64,000 bases of DNA from assembly GCF_963921235.1 (NCBI RefSeq), contig NC_086097.1, forward strand, positions 123,754,001 through 123,818,000, read 5' to 3'. This document shows, in pieces, positions 1 to 12,774 of this stretch (positions are counted from its first letter, which is position 1; every line of letters starts with the position of its first letter). The stretch is from Mobula hypostoma (taxonomy: Eukaryota). Both the position numbers and the translations under genes were made by a program. The notes under the pieces were generated by a model. The model was not told the origin of the DNA. It saw nothing but the letters and a program-made list of their open reading frames with translations, and did no database searches.

Positions 1-2179
1 ATTTGAAACTGCTTGCAGTTTCCAATGCTTTACCAATGTAAAGCGGGGTGTGAGTGGTGTAAGTTCTTCTGAAGTTAATAGCCATCTACTTTGTCTTGTT
101 GACATTAAGTAAGAAGTTGTTCGACTGGCACCCAGTTCGAGCTCTTCCATCTCCTCTCTGTGGGCCGCCTCATTGTTTGTGATGAGCCCCACCTCTGTCA
201 TGTCATCACCTTATTCAGCACAGGAAATTTCTATACATGGCATCTTGTAGTTATGATGTTAACATACTAGCATTCAAACAAATTTTTAAAAACATCTCAG
301 GGAATACACGATCAGAAAGCAAAGAGTTCAAATTTTAATTAACATTTTAAATATTATACCAATCGCTAAGAAGTTAAAGCTAAAAGTACTGCATTTGATT
401 GTACAAAGTTTCAATAATAAAATAATTAAAAATACATATACATAAATAACAATAAATTTATTAAGTCATAATTTAAAGAAATTATTATTTATATACGTAA
501 AATTGGGGCAAGGTATTGCTTGCTGAGGACTAATTATAGCTTAATGCATTAACATTTTGATTTCAAGGAACAAAGTGCAAACTTTTCTAGGTTCTTAAAA
601 GTTGTACTGCATTGTATGTATCTGAAGTTTCTGTCAAGTGATATGCCAGTAAGTCAAGAATAGTGGGGAGTTCTTGCTGTCTTTAAACTCGTATAAACTA
701 TATGTGGTGAGTCTTTAAAGTAGTATAAACTATCAGTTGAGAGTAAAGCTCTGCTGTCACAAGGATCGTTACAGAAAATCTTTCCTACCAAATGCAATAA
801 GCATTTCCAACAGTTCATCTCCGTGTGACAGGAGAACACACATCATAGTACAATAGTTTCCACTTTTTTTTTGTACATTAATATTGCACATTGTGTATAT
901 TATTATTCTGTAAGTTATCATTAGCTAAGTTTGCACACTGCTAAGAGTGTTTTTAAATGTTGCTGCTGTAACAAATGTATTTCCCACGGGATCAATAAAT
1001 TATCGTTAAAGAGAGCAATTTTGATTTTAAAATAATCAGTCTGTGTCAGGAAAGGACAGGTTAATAAGGACAGTATAGTATTATCAATCAAGATTTCTGA
1101 ATGCACAGAACTCCTATCACAAAGTAAATTAATTCACAGTGCAAATAGTTAATCGTTTTATGACAACAGTACAGTGCAGAACATAAAAGTTACTGTAAGT
1201 TCCAAAAATAAATAAATAGTCCAAAAGAGGAATAACAAGTTAGTGTTCAGGGTTCACGGACTGTTCAGAAATCTGATGGCAGAGAGGAAGGTGCTTTCCT
1301 TAAAATTTTTGAGTGTGGGTCTTCATGCTCCTTTACTCCTCCTCATTGATAGTAATGAGAAATGGGTATGTCCAAGATGGTGAGAGTCCTTAATGAAGGA
1401 TGCCGCCTTCTTGAGGCACCGCCTCTGGAATAAGTCCTCAATAGTGGGGACGGTTGTGCCACGATGGAGCTAGCTGAATCCGCAGCTAGCTGCTGCCTCT
1501 TTTGATCTTGCATTTTGGAGCCTCTATATTCCAAGCGATGATCAACCAGTCAGAATCCTCTCCACCATCCATGTGTAGAAATTTGCAACAGTCTTTGACA
1601 TACCAAATTTCCTTAGCATCCTAATGAAACAGAGCCACTAGATGAATGAACTAACGAAAAGCCAGAAGATGAAGGCAAGATTATTTTGTTCATCTCCTAA
1701 CAGAGATCAGTGTTGTACTAAATGCAAATAAAGAAATTGGAGAAGCATGTAACAAGCATAATTTTGTATGGACTGCACAAACCAAATTAATGATGCACCT
1801 TGTAGTACAGGTTCAAAGATATTCAAGCTAAAGACCAATAATTTTAAGGAACTATCTTGGAAATGGGCTATTTTAATTTAGTATTGTGAACTAAACATTC
1901 ATTAGAAATACTAAAATAAGAGATCTTCTGGTAATCATTATAAACTTGAATATTAAGTTTTAGAGTAATATAACCTGAGAAAATTGTATCCATAAATCAG
2001 TACATCAAAATTTTAACTGAATTATTTATGTAAACAGAAACTTGTGGGATAATTTAAATTTCTTGAAATCTATTGCTTCACTGAAAATAAAAAAGAGATA
2101 ACTTCATAACAATTTTAAGTTGAATTTTCTGGTATATTTTAAACATTGATTTTAATATTGGTATCAAAATACTGTTGTA

Positions 2180-2525
2180 GGACTTAGAACATTGCAGCAC
2201 TGTACAGGCCTTTCATCCCATAATGTGCTGACTTTTTTAAATTAACCTACTCTAAGATCAATCTAACACTTCCCTTCCACATAGTCTTCCAGTTTTCTAT
2301 CATCCATGTGCCTGTATAAGAGTTTCTTAAATGTCTCTAATGTATTTGCCTCTATCACCACCCCTGGCAGGTGATAATCTCTGTGCTTAAAAAAAAGTGC
2401 ATGCCTATGACTCTTCCCTGCCCCCACTATACTTTCTTCTAATCACCTAAAAATGATGCTCTATCTTATTAGCCATACCTGGCCTGGGAAAAAGTCTCTT
2501 GCTATACATTTGATCTCTGCTTCTA
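2180..2525 (-). mobile_element. CR1 LINE 3' fragment, degenerate
   Basis: Reverse-oriented CR1-type 3' UTR (tagaacatt...gtacaggcc), similar to the other CR1 ends in the window. Boundaries approximate. Confidence 0.55.
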
Positions 2526-2776
2526 GCCTACTCTATAATCAAGCTATCCATATCTCCCTCCCATTATATTCTAAATTGGGAAACATAAGTAACAGATTAC
2601 AAAATAGTTATCTGTGGGGTTCCTCATGACAAAAGGTCATAATTGTAAAGGAGGACAGGTACGAGGAATTATCAACAGTAGAGTCCATCCATTTTACTGA
2701 AGAGATTTCCTGAAGCATTGATCTCAATGAGTTTTTTTTTAAATTTTCCTTGTTGCAGTCAGTATTTTCAGTTGAT

Positions 2777-3155
2777 CTACCATTTAGTCATTATTAATCT
2801 CTTCAAGCATTCTTTAATGTTTATTGAAGACACCAGTATAAGGCACTGCTTCTTGAAGGGGTATTTCAACTTGTATCCATGGTTTGACATATCTTCTAGC
2901 GTTTGTTTTATAATTTCATCTTTGTAGAGTTCAGCGACGTCCAATGAATTGTGTGAGATATTAAACTCAACAGAAAGATTGAGGTTGTTGCTAACCATAG
3001 TCACATCTTTTTCAATGCCGTGGGGCAGATTATACTTCTTCATCTTTAAGATGTCAATTATAGCTTGATCGTAGCAGGACACTTGTAAAGTCACTTTTTG
3101 CTTAGTGGCTTTGTATCTGATAGATACCGAACATGGACTGTTGCACGGGTTCCAG
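2777..3155 (-). CDS. Terminal coding exon of a putative uncharacterised small secreted protein, nested antisense in a TMX3 intron
   Basis: Acceptor ttcttgtttttgtag|C at 3156/3155. The frame (C)TGG AAC CCG... is open for 125 codons (WNPCNSPCSVSIRYKATKQKVTLQVSCYDQ...NLSVEFNISH...LEDMSNHGYKL...TKW*). It is not transposon-like and is in phase with the 9439-9470 exon. Confidence 0.55.
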
Positions 3156-3989
3156 CTACAAAAACAAGAATTGTTTTATAGGCATAGGTATTTAAAGGCA
3201 ATTGAAATTACTTGACTCTGTTTCAAAGTTAGTTAAATGTACTATTCTCAACCTACTTTTCAAAATTTTGAAGTAATTTTATTATCAAAGTGCATATATA
3301 TCACCATTACTAGCTTGAAATTCAGGTTCTTAAAGACATTAATAAATTGTACTTAGCAAAGATTGTGAATAACTATATATCACAAAATCTAGATTTTATC
3401 TAGATTGCAATTGAATTATTTGGAAGAAACACAAATGGAAATAGATATATGAAATTGGGGAAGGAAACAAAAATGTGAAAAATTAGATAAATGGCTGCAA
3501 TTATTGGAATTAAAATAATATGGAATATTCAAGCAGCATCTTGTAAGTTGGTGAGGAATGAGTAAGTGTATGGATATGGCCTTTCATCAGAATTGGCTAT
3601 TTCTGATGCAGATTAGAATGGTTGATCATCCAAGGTTGTTGAATTCAATGTAAGACATAGATGGAAGTGGGAAGAGACTGGAAAAGGTAAGACATTGGAG
3701 CAGAATTAGGCCATTCTTTAGCAGAAGTGTCCAAGAAATGATCCTCAACTATGTATTGAGCTTTGGATACCAATGACAGAACTGGCAGTGGTATGGAGAC
3801 TTAAAGGGACAGATGACAGGAAGCTAATAGGCCACCCTTGGAGACAAAATGGTTATTTGCATTTGGTTTCTCTAACATCAGTATTGACTTCAAATTGTCA
3901 CAAAAGCAGCACCCTTGCACTATTCCGTACCTTTTCTGATTCAATGTTTCCCACATTGTCACTGACCTTTTACATCATAGTCTTATAGT

Positions 3990-4990
3990 CTCATGACCAG
4001 GCACAACTCACTTCTACCTCATCCTCAAAATACAAAAGTAAAACTACCCTGACATTTTGTTTCCATCTTCTTTTGTTTCTGAGAACTTATTTCTTCATAC
4101 CTTGACTATCTTACCCTGTCCAGTGTCTTCCCACATCCATCTATGACACTTCTGATGCCCTGTACCATTTTTAATAGTTTCTAGTGTCCTGCAGTGAATG
4201 TGTTTGCTTTTGCCATGGTTGACCTCTGCCACTGCATCTCCACCATGATGACCTGAAGACCCTTTGCTACTTCCTCAAGCAGGAATCTAATCAACATTCC
4301 ATCACGCTCCTTTGCTTGACTGAACTCATTCTAACATTAAACAACTTCTCTTTGAACTCTACAGGCTTCCTTCAAACCAAACATGTATGTCAAAACTTTT
4401 TTTTTCCCTTAATGGAATACTGAGAAAGATCTTGCTTCAGTATTCACTTGTCTTTTTTTTTTCGGTGCATTGACTGCATTGATTCATCTTCCAGCTCACA
4501 TACCAAACATGAAAATTCCGTCATTTTTGCAGCCTGAAATCACCTTCACGTGACATCTTTACCTCTGTTTCATTTTCAATTTATAAAAATGATAATCTCA
4601 AGGCAATCTCAGGCTTGTGGATAACCACAGTTTCCTGCAGCTATCTTGACTAAACCTCACCTCTCACCTTGTTTTTTATAAGGAATCCATTCCATTTTTT
4701 GAAGTTTCTTTAATGCTGTCTGTGCAGCAGTGTTTCTTGTCTATGACTTTTTTCCTATAATTGAAAGGACTCTTAAATGAATTTATTCCAACATTTCTTC
4801 TCTCAATTCCTTTCTACCCACTCACTTCAAGGGTAGAGTCATTCTTCACATTCAGCGGATCACACACTATTTCTGCCATCACCAGAAGTATCATTCCTGT
4901 CATGACAGGCTTCCAAAAAGACAGTCATCTTTATACACAACCTCAGGAGCTGCAATACCTGCACTCTTACCTGCTTGCTACATACAGTTT
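3990..4990 (+). mobile_element. Old, highly degenerate Penelope-like element fragment
   Basis: Decayed similarity to the younger Penelope copies (cacttctacctcatcctcaaaatacaaaa ~ FYLLPKIHK; aacattaaacaacttctcttt ~ LTLNNFSF). Confidence 0.6.
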
Positions 4991-5729
4991 AAAGTGCAAT
5001 GTAAACTTGTTATCAAAGTACGTATATACCTTGAGACAAGCTGTGCAACTAAAAAGTAAAGCCACAAGAAAGGAGCATCCATCATTGAGGACACCCCCCC
5101 CCCCCACTATCTCTCTTTGTGCTACTACCATTGGGCAGGAGTACAGGAGCCTTAGGTTCCACACCACCAGGTTCAGGAACAGTTATTACCCCTCAACCAT
5201 CAGGCTCCCGAACTAGCGTGGATGACTTCATTCACATAAATTCTGAACTGATTTGACACCCTGTGGACTCACTTTCAAGTACTCTGCAATTCATGTTCTT
5301 AGTTTTTATAATTTATCTGTTTTTGCACATTGGTTGTTTTTTAGTCTTTATAGTTTTTTTTCATAAATTCTATTGTATATCTTTAATTTCCTGTAAATGC
5401 CTGCAAGAAAATGAATCTCAAGATGGTATGTGGTGACTTATACAGACTCCAATAATAAATTTAGTTTGCACTTTTAAGTTCCAGTGTTTTCTTTCTCTCT
5501 CCTTTTGTTGATCGCTTTCAGTTTACCTTGCTTCCTGACATGTCAGCTGTAGTTAACAAGCCTTCACCATCCTGACTTAGCTAGCACCAACACCTTCTGT
5601 GTCACTCGGTCTTTTTTTGTCTCCACCCTATCCTTGGTCTCCCATCATCAATACCCTGGCCTCAACAGAACTAGGAAAAATTATCAGACTCTTGGGATGC
5701 AATCTGACCTATAGAGTATCTCCTGCATC

Positions 5730-7940
5730 ACACATCAAAGTTGCTGGTGAACGCAGCAGGCCAAGCAGCATCTATAGGAAGAGGCGCAGTCGACGTTTCA
5801 GGCCGAGACCCTTCGTCAGGACTAACTGAAGGAAGAGTGAGTAAGGGATTTGAAAGCTGGAGGGGGAGGGGGAGATGCAAAATGATAGGAGAAGACAGGA
5901 GGGGGAGGGATAGAGTCGGGAGCTGGACAGGTGATAGGCAAAAGGGGATATGAGAGGATCATGGGACAGGAGATCCGGGAAGAAAGACGGGGGGGGGTGA
6001 CCCAGAGGATGGGCAAGAGGTATATTCAGAGGGACAGAGGGAGAAAAAGGAGAGTGAGAGAAAGAATGTATGCATAAAAATGAGTAACAGATGGGGTACG
6101 AGGGGGAGGTGGGGCCTAGCGGAAGTTAGAGAAGTCAATGTTCACGCCATCAGGTTGGAGGCTACCCAGACGGAATATAAGGTGTTGTTCCTCCAACCTG
6201 AGTGTGGCTTCATCTTTACAGTAGAGGAGGCCGTGGATAGACATGTCAGAATGGGAATGGGATGTGGAATTAAAATGTGTGGCCACTGGGAGATCCTGCT
6301 TTCTCTGGCGGACAGAGCGTAAATGTTCAGCAAAGCGGTCTCCCAGTCTGCGTCGGGTCTCACCAATATATAAAGGGCCACATCGGGAGCACCGGACGCA
6401 GTATATCACCCCAGTCGACTCACAGGTGAAGTGATGCCTCACCTGGAAGGACTGTTTGGGGCCCTGAATGGTGGTAAGGGAGGAAGTGTAAGGGCATGTG
6501 TAGCACTTGTTCCGCTTACACGGATAAGTGCCAGGAGGGAGATCAGTGGGGAGGGATGGGGGGGACGAATGGACAAGGGAGTTGTGTAGGGAGCGATCCC
6601 TGCGGAATGCAGAGAGGGGGGGGAGGGAAAGATGTGCTTAGTGGGATCCCGTTGGAGGTGGCGGAAGTTACGGAGAATAATATGTTGGACCCGGAGGCTG
6701 GTGGGGTGGTAGGTGAGGACCAGGGGAACCCTATTCCTAGTGGGGTGGTGGGAGGATGGAGTGAGAGCAGATGTACGTGAAATGGGGGAGATGCATTTAA
6801 GAGCAGAGTTGATAGTGGAGGAAGGGAAGCCCCTTTCTTTAAAAAATGAAGACATCTCCCTCGTCCTAGAATGAAAAGCCTCATCCTGAGAGCAGATGCG
6901 GCGGAGACGGAGGAATTGCGAGAAGGGGATGGCGTTTTTGCAAGAGACAGGGTGAGAAGAGGAATAGTCCAGATAGTTGTGAGAGTCAGTAGGCTTATAG
7001 TAGACATCAGTGGATAAGCTGTCTCCAGAGACAGAGACAGAAAGATCTAGAAAGGGGAGGGAGGTGTCGGAAATGGACCAGGTAAACTTGAGGGCAGGGT
7101 GAAAGTTGGAGGCAAAGTTAATAAAGTCAACGAGTTCTGCATGCGTGCAGGAAGCAGCGCCAATGCAGTCGTCGATGTAGCGAAGGAAAAGTGGGGGACA
7201 GATACCAGAATAGGCACGGAACATAGATTGTTCCACAAACCCAACAAAAAGGCAGGCATAGCTAGGACCCATACGGGTGCCCATAGCTACACCTTTAGTT
7301 TGGAGGAAATGGGAGGAGCAAAAGGAGAAATTATTAAGAGTAAGGACTAATTCCGCTAGACGGAGCAGAGTGGTGGTAGAGGGGAACTGATTAGGTCTGG
7401 AATCCAAAAAGAAGCGTAGAGCTTTGAGACCTTCCTGATGGGGGATGGAAGTATATAAGGACTGGACATCCATGGTGAAAATAAAGCGGTGGGGGCCAGG
7501 GAACTTAAAATCATCGAAAAGTTTAAGAGCGTGAGAAGTGTCACGAACATAGGTCGGAAGGGATTGAACAAGGGATGATAAAACAGTGTCGAGGTATGCA
7601 GAAACGAGTTCGGTGGGGCAGGAGCAAGCTGAGACAATAGGTCGGCCAGGACAGGCAGGTTTGTGGATCTTGGGTAGGAGGTAGAAACGGGAAGTGCGGG
7701 GTGTGGGAACTATAAGGTTGGTAGCAGTGGATGGGAGATCCCCTGAGCGGATAAAGTCGTTGATAGTGTGGGAGACAATGGCCTGGTGCTCCTTAGTGGG
7801 GTCACGATCGAGGGGTAAATAAGAGGAGGTATCCGTGAGTTGTCGCTGTGCCTCGGCAAGGTAGAGGTCAGTACGCCAGACTACAACAGCACCCCCTTTA
7901 TCAGCGGGTTTAATAATAATGTTAGGATTAGTGCGGAGGG
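5730..7940 (-). mobile_element. Penelope-like retroelement (RT + GIY-YIG endonuclease), 5'-truncated, with 3' pseudo-LTR
   Basis: ORF 6439-7473 has the RT motifs MDVQSLYTSI, GVAMGT and RYIDD; the frame stays open upstream to ~7940 (IIIKPADKGGAVVV). ORF 6116-6442 has the GIY-YIG signature (VIYCVRC..C..LYIGET.RRL..RF.EH). There is a frameshift near 6610. Confidence 0.95.
5788..5823 (-). ncRNA. Minimal type I hammerhead ribozyme motif in Penelope pLTR
   Basis: Minus strand reads AGUC CUGACGA A GGGU CUCG GCCU GAAA CGUC GACU: intact core boxes, stem I AGUC/GACU, stem II, palindromic ACGU in place of stem III, and a GUC cleavage triplet. Confidence 0.8.
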
Positions 7941-8067
7941 AGTATATTCTGTTTCAGATACAGACAGGTCCTGAATCAAGGGAAGGTTACATTCCTCAAA
8001 TAATCCATATCAGAGTTTTCTGTAATACACAAAAAGCATGGATGTAGTTTCACATATGAGAAATTAC

Positions 8068-8617
8068 ACACAGTGGCCACTTTATTAGATACACCTGTAA
8101 ACCTCGTTAATGCAAATTACTAATCAGCCAATCATGTGGCAGTAACTCCATGTATAAAAGCATGCAGACATGGTCAAGACGCTCAGTTGTTGTTCAGACC
8201 AAATATCAGAATGGGGAAGAAATGTGATCTAAGTGACTGATCGTGGAATGACTATTGGTGCCAGATGGGGTGGTTTGAGTATCTCAAAAACTGCTGATCT
8301 CCTGGGATTTTTATGCACAACTGTGTCTAGAGTTTACAGAGAATGGTGCAAAAAGCAAAAAAAAAAAAAAAAATCCAGTGAGTGTGGCAGTTCTGTGGGC
8401 AAAAATGCCTTATTAATGAGAGAGGTCAGAGGAGAATGCCCATGCATTACAACAGTGGTGTGCAGAAGAGCATGTCTGAACACACAACACATCAAGCCTT
8501 AAAGTGAATGGGGAAATCATCACTACTACGACTACTAGATATCAGAAGAACATAAATGTACATTAAGTGGCCACTTTACCAGGTACAGAAAGTACCTAAT
8601 AAAGTGTCCATTGAGTA
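8068..8617. mobile_element. Non-autonomous Tc1/mariner-type element
   Basis: TA-flanked ends cacacagtggccactttattag...ctaataaagtgtccattgagta. Related copies at ~23780-26630 and 39290-39797. Confidence 0.75.
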
Positions 8618-8669
8618 TACATTAGGTAAAAAAGAAAAGACTCAGAACTAACAAGAAACCACTTTTCTA

Positions 8670-9127
8670 AAACATAGAACATAAAACATAGAAATCTACA
8701 GCACATTACAGGCCCATAATGTTGTGCCAAACATGTAACCTACTCTAGAAACTGCCTTGAATTACCCTACCACATAGCCCTCTATTTTCCTAAGCTCCAT
8801 GTACCTAAGAGTCTCTTAAAAGACCCTTTTGTATCCGCCTGCACCACTGTTGCCAGCAGTGCATTCCATGTACCCACCACTCTCTGTTTGAAAAACTTAC
8901 CCCTGATGTTCCCTCTGTACCTACTTCCAAGCACCTTATAACTATGCGCCCTCGTGTTAGCCATTTTAGCCCCGGGAAAAATCCTCTCGTTCTCAACTCG
9001 ATTAATGACTCTCATCATCTTTAACACCACTACCAGGTCACCTTTCATCCTCCGTCGCTCCAAGGAGAAAAGATCAAGTTCACTCAACCCATTCTCATAA
9101 GGCACGTTCTCAAATCCAGGCAACATC
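8670..9127 (-). mobile_element. CR1 LINE 3' fragment
   Basis: ORF 8782-9126 resembles the CR1 ORF2 C-terminus (LFSLERRRMKGDL; FKQRVVGTWNAL), and there is a catagaa-type tail. Confidence 0.85.
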
Positions 9128-9438
9128 TAAAAATAATCACTTACCTAAAAGGGCTATAGAGGCTCAATTACTGATTATATTCATGATAGAACAACAGATT
9201 TTAAAATATTAAGGCAATAGAGCAATGTAGGGTTAGGGCAAGAAGGTAGTGCTGAGTAAGATGATCATAGATTTTCTGAATGACAAAGCAGGTGTAGGGC
9301 GAATGAGTTGCTCAGATTTTTATGCTCAAAACAAAGTAACCACAAATAAGATAACACTTAAAAGTTAACTATTTTACTTGCAACAATCTGTGATAACCAA
9401 ATTATAAGAGAATAGTGTACTTGAAAGGGAAAACTTAC

Positions 9439-9470
9439 TAGGAAAGAAGCAGAAGGGTGATGAGCAACAT
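9439..9470 (-). CDS. Putative first coding exon (signal peptide) of the nested small secreted protein
   Basis: ATG at 9470 gives MLLITLLLLS+TA, followed by the donor |gtaagtttt at 9438. There are in-frame stops upstream of the ATG and a candidate acceptor ttcccctag| at 9536/9535. A phase-2 junction to 3155 gives TA|C = Tyr. Confidence 0.5.
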
Positions 9471-9709
9471 ATCTTCACTGCAGCTGAACTATCACTGTTT
9501 CAGATGTACTGCAGCTTTTATATTTCTCTGAGAGCCTAGGGGAAATCCTGTTGCATCAGCTTGGTTTCATTTTATTACAAATCGAAAGTGAAAGTCATGA
9601 ATTATTCACAAAAATCTTTTCCCTCAAAATTGTCCAGGTAATTTACACTTAATTTCAAATTGGATTCTGAAATATTTTAAGTTTGTGTTTATATAACTTT
9701 GATAGGTAG

Positions 9710-10885
9710 AGATAGATAACATACTTTTTTGATCCCAAAGGAAGTTACAGTGTCACAGTAGCATTACAAGTGCACAAATATAAATATTAGAAGAGAAGTA
9801 GAAAGAATAAAATATAGCGTTACCAAAAACCGTATAACAGGAGGGGGTCATCACTTTTTGAGCTATATGTTGACTCATTAAAGAACCTAATGGCCAAGGG
9901 TAAAGAATCACCTCATATAGCGCTCTTGGAGCAGCACAGTTGTCCTAGTCTATTACTAAAAGTGCTCCTCTGTTCAGTCAAGATGGTATGCAAAGGGTGA
10001 GAAATATTGTCCAAAATTGCCAGGATTTTCTGTAGGGTCCTTTGTTCTACCACAGCCTCCAGTGTGTCCAGTTTCACTCTAATAACAGAACCAGCCTTTC
10101 TTATCAGTTTATTAAGCCTGTTGGCATCACCTGTGCTAATGCCATTGCCCTAGCACACCAACACATTGAAGATTGTACTGGGAAGAACAGGCTAGTAGAA
10201 CATGTGAGGGAGAGACCTGCATGTTCCAAAGGACCTCAGTCTCCTCACGAAGCAGAGAAGACTCTGGCCCTTTTTGTACACAGCCTCGGTGTTGGTGCTC
10301 CACTCAGGTCTGTCATCCAGGTGTACCCCCAGATACTTGTAGGTCCTCACCACATCCCCATCCTCACCATCTCAGAGCAGTCTTAGTCTTCTAAAATTCT
10401 ATCACCATCTCCTTTGTTTTACTAATTCAGCTTGCACCATTTGACATAGTCCTCCACAAGGGCCCTGTATTCATCCTCCTGTCCTCCCTTTATATACCCA
10501 ACTATCGCCAAGTCATCAGAGAATTTTGGTAGATGACATGACTCAGTGTTGTATTTATAGTCAAGGTATACAGGGTAAACAGGAAGGGAGCCAATACAGT
10601 CCCCCGTGCGACTCCAGTGCTGCTTATAGCCATGTCTGACACACAGCTCTGAAGCCACACAAACTGCGGTCTGCCAGTCAGGTAGACCATTATCCAAGAT
10701 ACAATGGAAGTGCCAGTCTGCATTGGATGAAACTTCCCCCTCCCCCCCCCCCGGCAATGAAGGCTGTATGGTATTGAAGGCACTTGAGAGATCAAAAAAC
10801 ATGACCCTTACAGTGCTGCCTTGCTTATCCAAATGGGAGTAGGCTCTGTTCAGCAGGTAGATGCCAGCATTATCAACTCCAATGC
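9710..10885 (-). mobile_element. Rex1/Babar-type LINE RT fragment, degenerate
   Basis: ORFs 10422-10832 and 10502-10795 contain VRVMFFDLSSAFNTIQP, GTVLAPFLFTLYT and KFSDD. A gata-repeat tail lies at ~9710. Confidence 0.85.
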
Positions 10886-11661
10886 ATAATGTTTTTTTTA
10901 GGAGGCTTATTTTTTAAGCACTTGTACACCAAACTTGACTTCAGCAACTCTGCAGCTCATGTTTTCAGTGTATTTGTTTACTTTTTAAAATTATTTTCAT
11001 GATTTGTCCTCTTCGCACATTGGATGTTTGTTGATCTTTGTTATGCATGGTTTCTCGTGGATTCTAATGTATTTCTTTATTTTCCTGTGAGTGCCTGCAA
11101 GAAAATGAATCTCAAGGCTGCATATCTTACACATACTTTGATAATAAACTTACTTTGAACTTTCTGTGTATGTGTGAAAAATCTGCTCTGTTTTGCTGCC
11201 TCCTCTTTCCTTTTAAATTTGTGGTCTGAACTTAAAATTGACAGTAATCAAGAGCTAGGAGTTTCCTTCTCCAAATTATTGTTTGTGTTACAGTATCTTC
11301 AAGTAAAGGAAAGTTGAAAATGTATATCATACCCATGTACTTAACCTCGGTTTTGCACTTGCTCGTTATTTGTTGTTATGGATAAAGTTTCTTTTTCCTG
11401 TCATTCACACTCTTTCATTGTATTTGAGCTGGAGGGAGGTTCCAATCCAAATACGTGCAGAACAATAATGTATAGAGAAATACTTGTTTATTCTTGTTTA
11501 CTCTGCTTTTGGCTTTTATTCAAAGGTTGTCATTTCGTTAAGCTTGAAATCCTCACATGATTTTCTGGAAGCAGCTCATTTGAGTCACCAAACATTCCTT
11601 GTAACCTATCACACCAATACTTTCTAAAACAAAATTCAGTCCAAGTAATCCTATGTTATTA

Positions 11662-12770
11662 CAGTGGATTCCAGTTAATTGGGACACATCAGAACCAGTA
11701 GAATTTAGCCCAATTAAGTGGCTGCCCCAGTTAGCTGAAATTTCATGGAAATAGTTAAAAAGGTATTTTTAAAAAGTCAATCTAATATTTAACTGAGTAA
11801 CAAATTATGTATTTCAATGAAATACAGAACAAATTAAAACACTACCAATAATACTCCAGTACAATAAAACTGTATTATTTCCTAATAGTAATCGACAGAG
11901 AAATTCATTCAGTGTATGCTGCTGTGTTCTCTTGATTGACAATAAGTGAACAAAATCAGTGCAGGTACCTAGTGCAGATAATGGATAAAGTTTCTTCTTA
12001 CCCATTCCTGATATTTTGGAACACTGCTATGCGATCCATTGCTTTCTTAGAAACGGATAGTGTTGCCTGTTTGTAGCAAAGGGAACCATTCAGTATGACA
12101 TGACAGCACGAGTTTTACAGATTTGGTTTTCTGTGCCATCTTTTTCTGTGTTTTCTTGAATTTATTGTCATGCCTACACTTCTATTGAGAAAATCAATTG
12201 TCAGTTGCTTTAAAATCTTCATGACCCAACTTTTTAGCTACCTCCTTGACTTGTTTTTTTAACTTTAGTTCACTGAGATGCACACCTCATCTAGTTACAA
12301 TGGAAAATCATTGTTTGGGGGCCTTTTCAACATCTGGATCCTTAATTTCCCAATTTTGTTTTTGGGATGTTCTGTGTTTTCCCTCTCACTATGCCCATTC
12401 TTTTCGCAGTTTATCTTGCTGATGTATCAAGTGTGCAATTGTAGATTCCAGCACTCCAGTTACCTCTGTCAGCTGAAAATGAGTACGTTAGGCATTGGCT
12501 TTTAATTTGGTCCATTTAGGTAATTGTTTTGGCTAGTGTCAAATCTTTACGTGGCATCTTGACAGGGGTCTGAAATTTCTTAATGTCAAAATAAAAAACA
12601 AAATTATCAAAAATCACTGCTTTTTGAATCTGCATCCATTGGATAACATAACACAGCCACACAGAACTGATGCTATGTAAAAACTGTTCACTCTAAGCAT
12701 GGTATAGTATCTTAACGGCCACACATGTGCATGCGACAGACGATAGAAACTGTTCGGCAACAGTTTCATG
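11662..12770 (-). mobile_element. Tigger/pogo-like DNA transposon fragment
   Basis: TA followed by the cagtggattccagttaattgggac terminal motif, with decayed CENP-B-type HTH coding remnants on the - strand around 12200-12500. Confidence 0.55.
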
Positions 12771-12774
12771 CCCA

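Noticed and set aside
654..850. Minus-strand frame containing CVLLSHGDE, resembling a caspase catalytic His motif, and ORF 654-839
   Set aside because: A stop follows within 16 codons, no QACxG motif appears downstream and there is no splice context. Likely chance or 3' UTR.
4761..5216. 151-aa ORF
   Set aside because: Chimeric read-through of decayed Penelope and Rex-type LINE 3' sequence.
11294..11317. cag|TATCTTCAAGTAAAGGAA (YLQVKE) as a possible TMX3 exon 9 start
   Set aside because: In-frame TGA two codons later, with no VFKD-like motif or donor at the expected distance.
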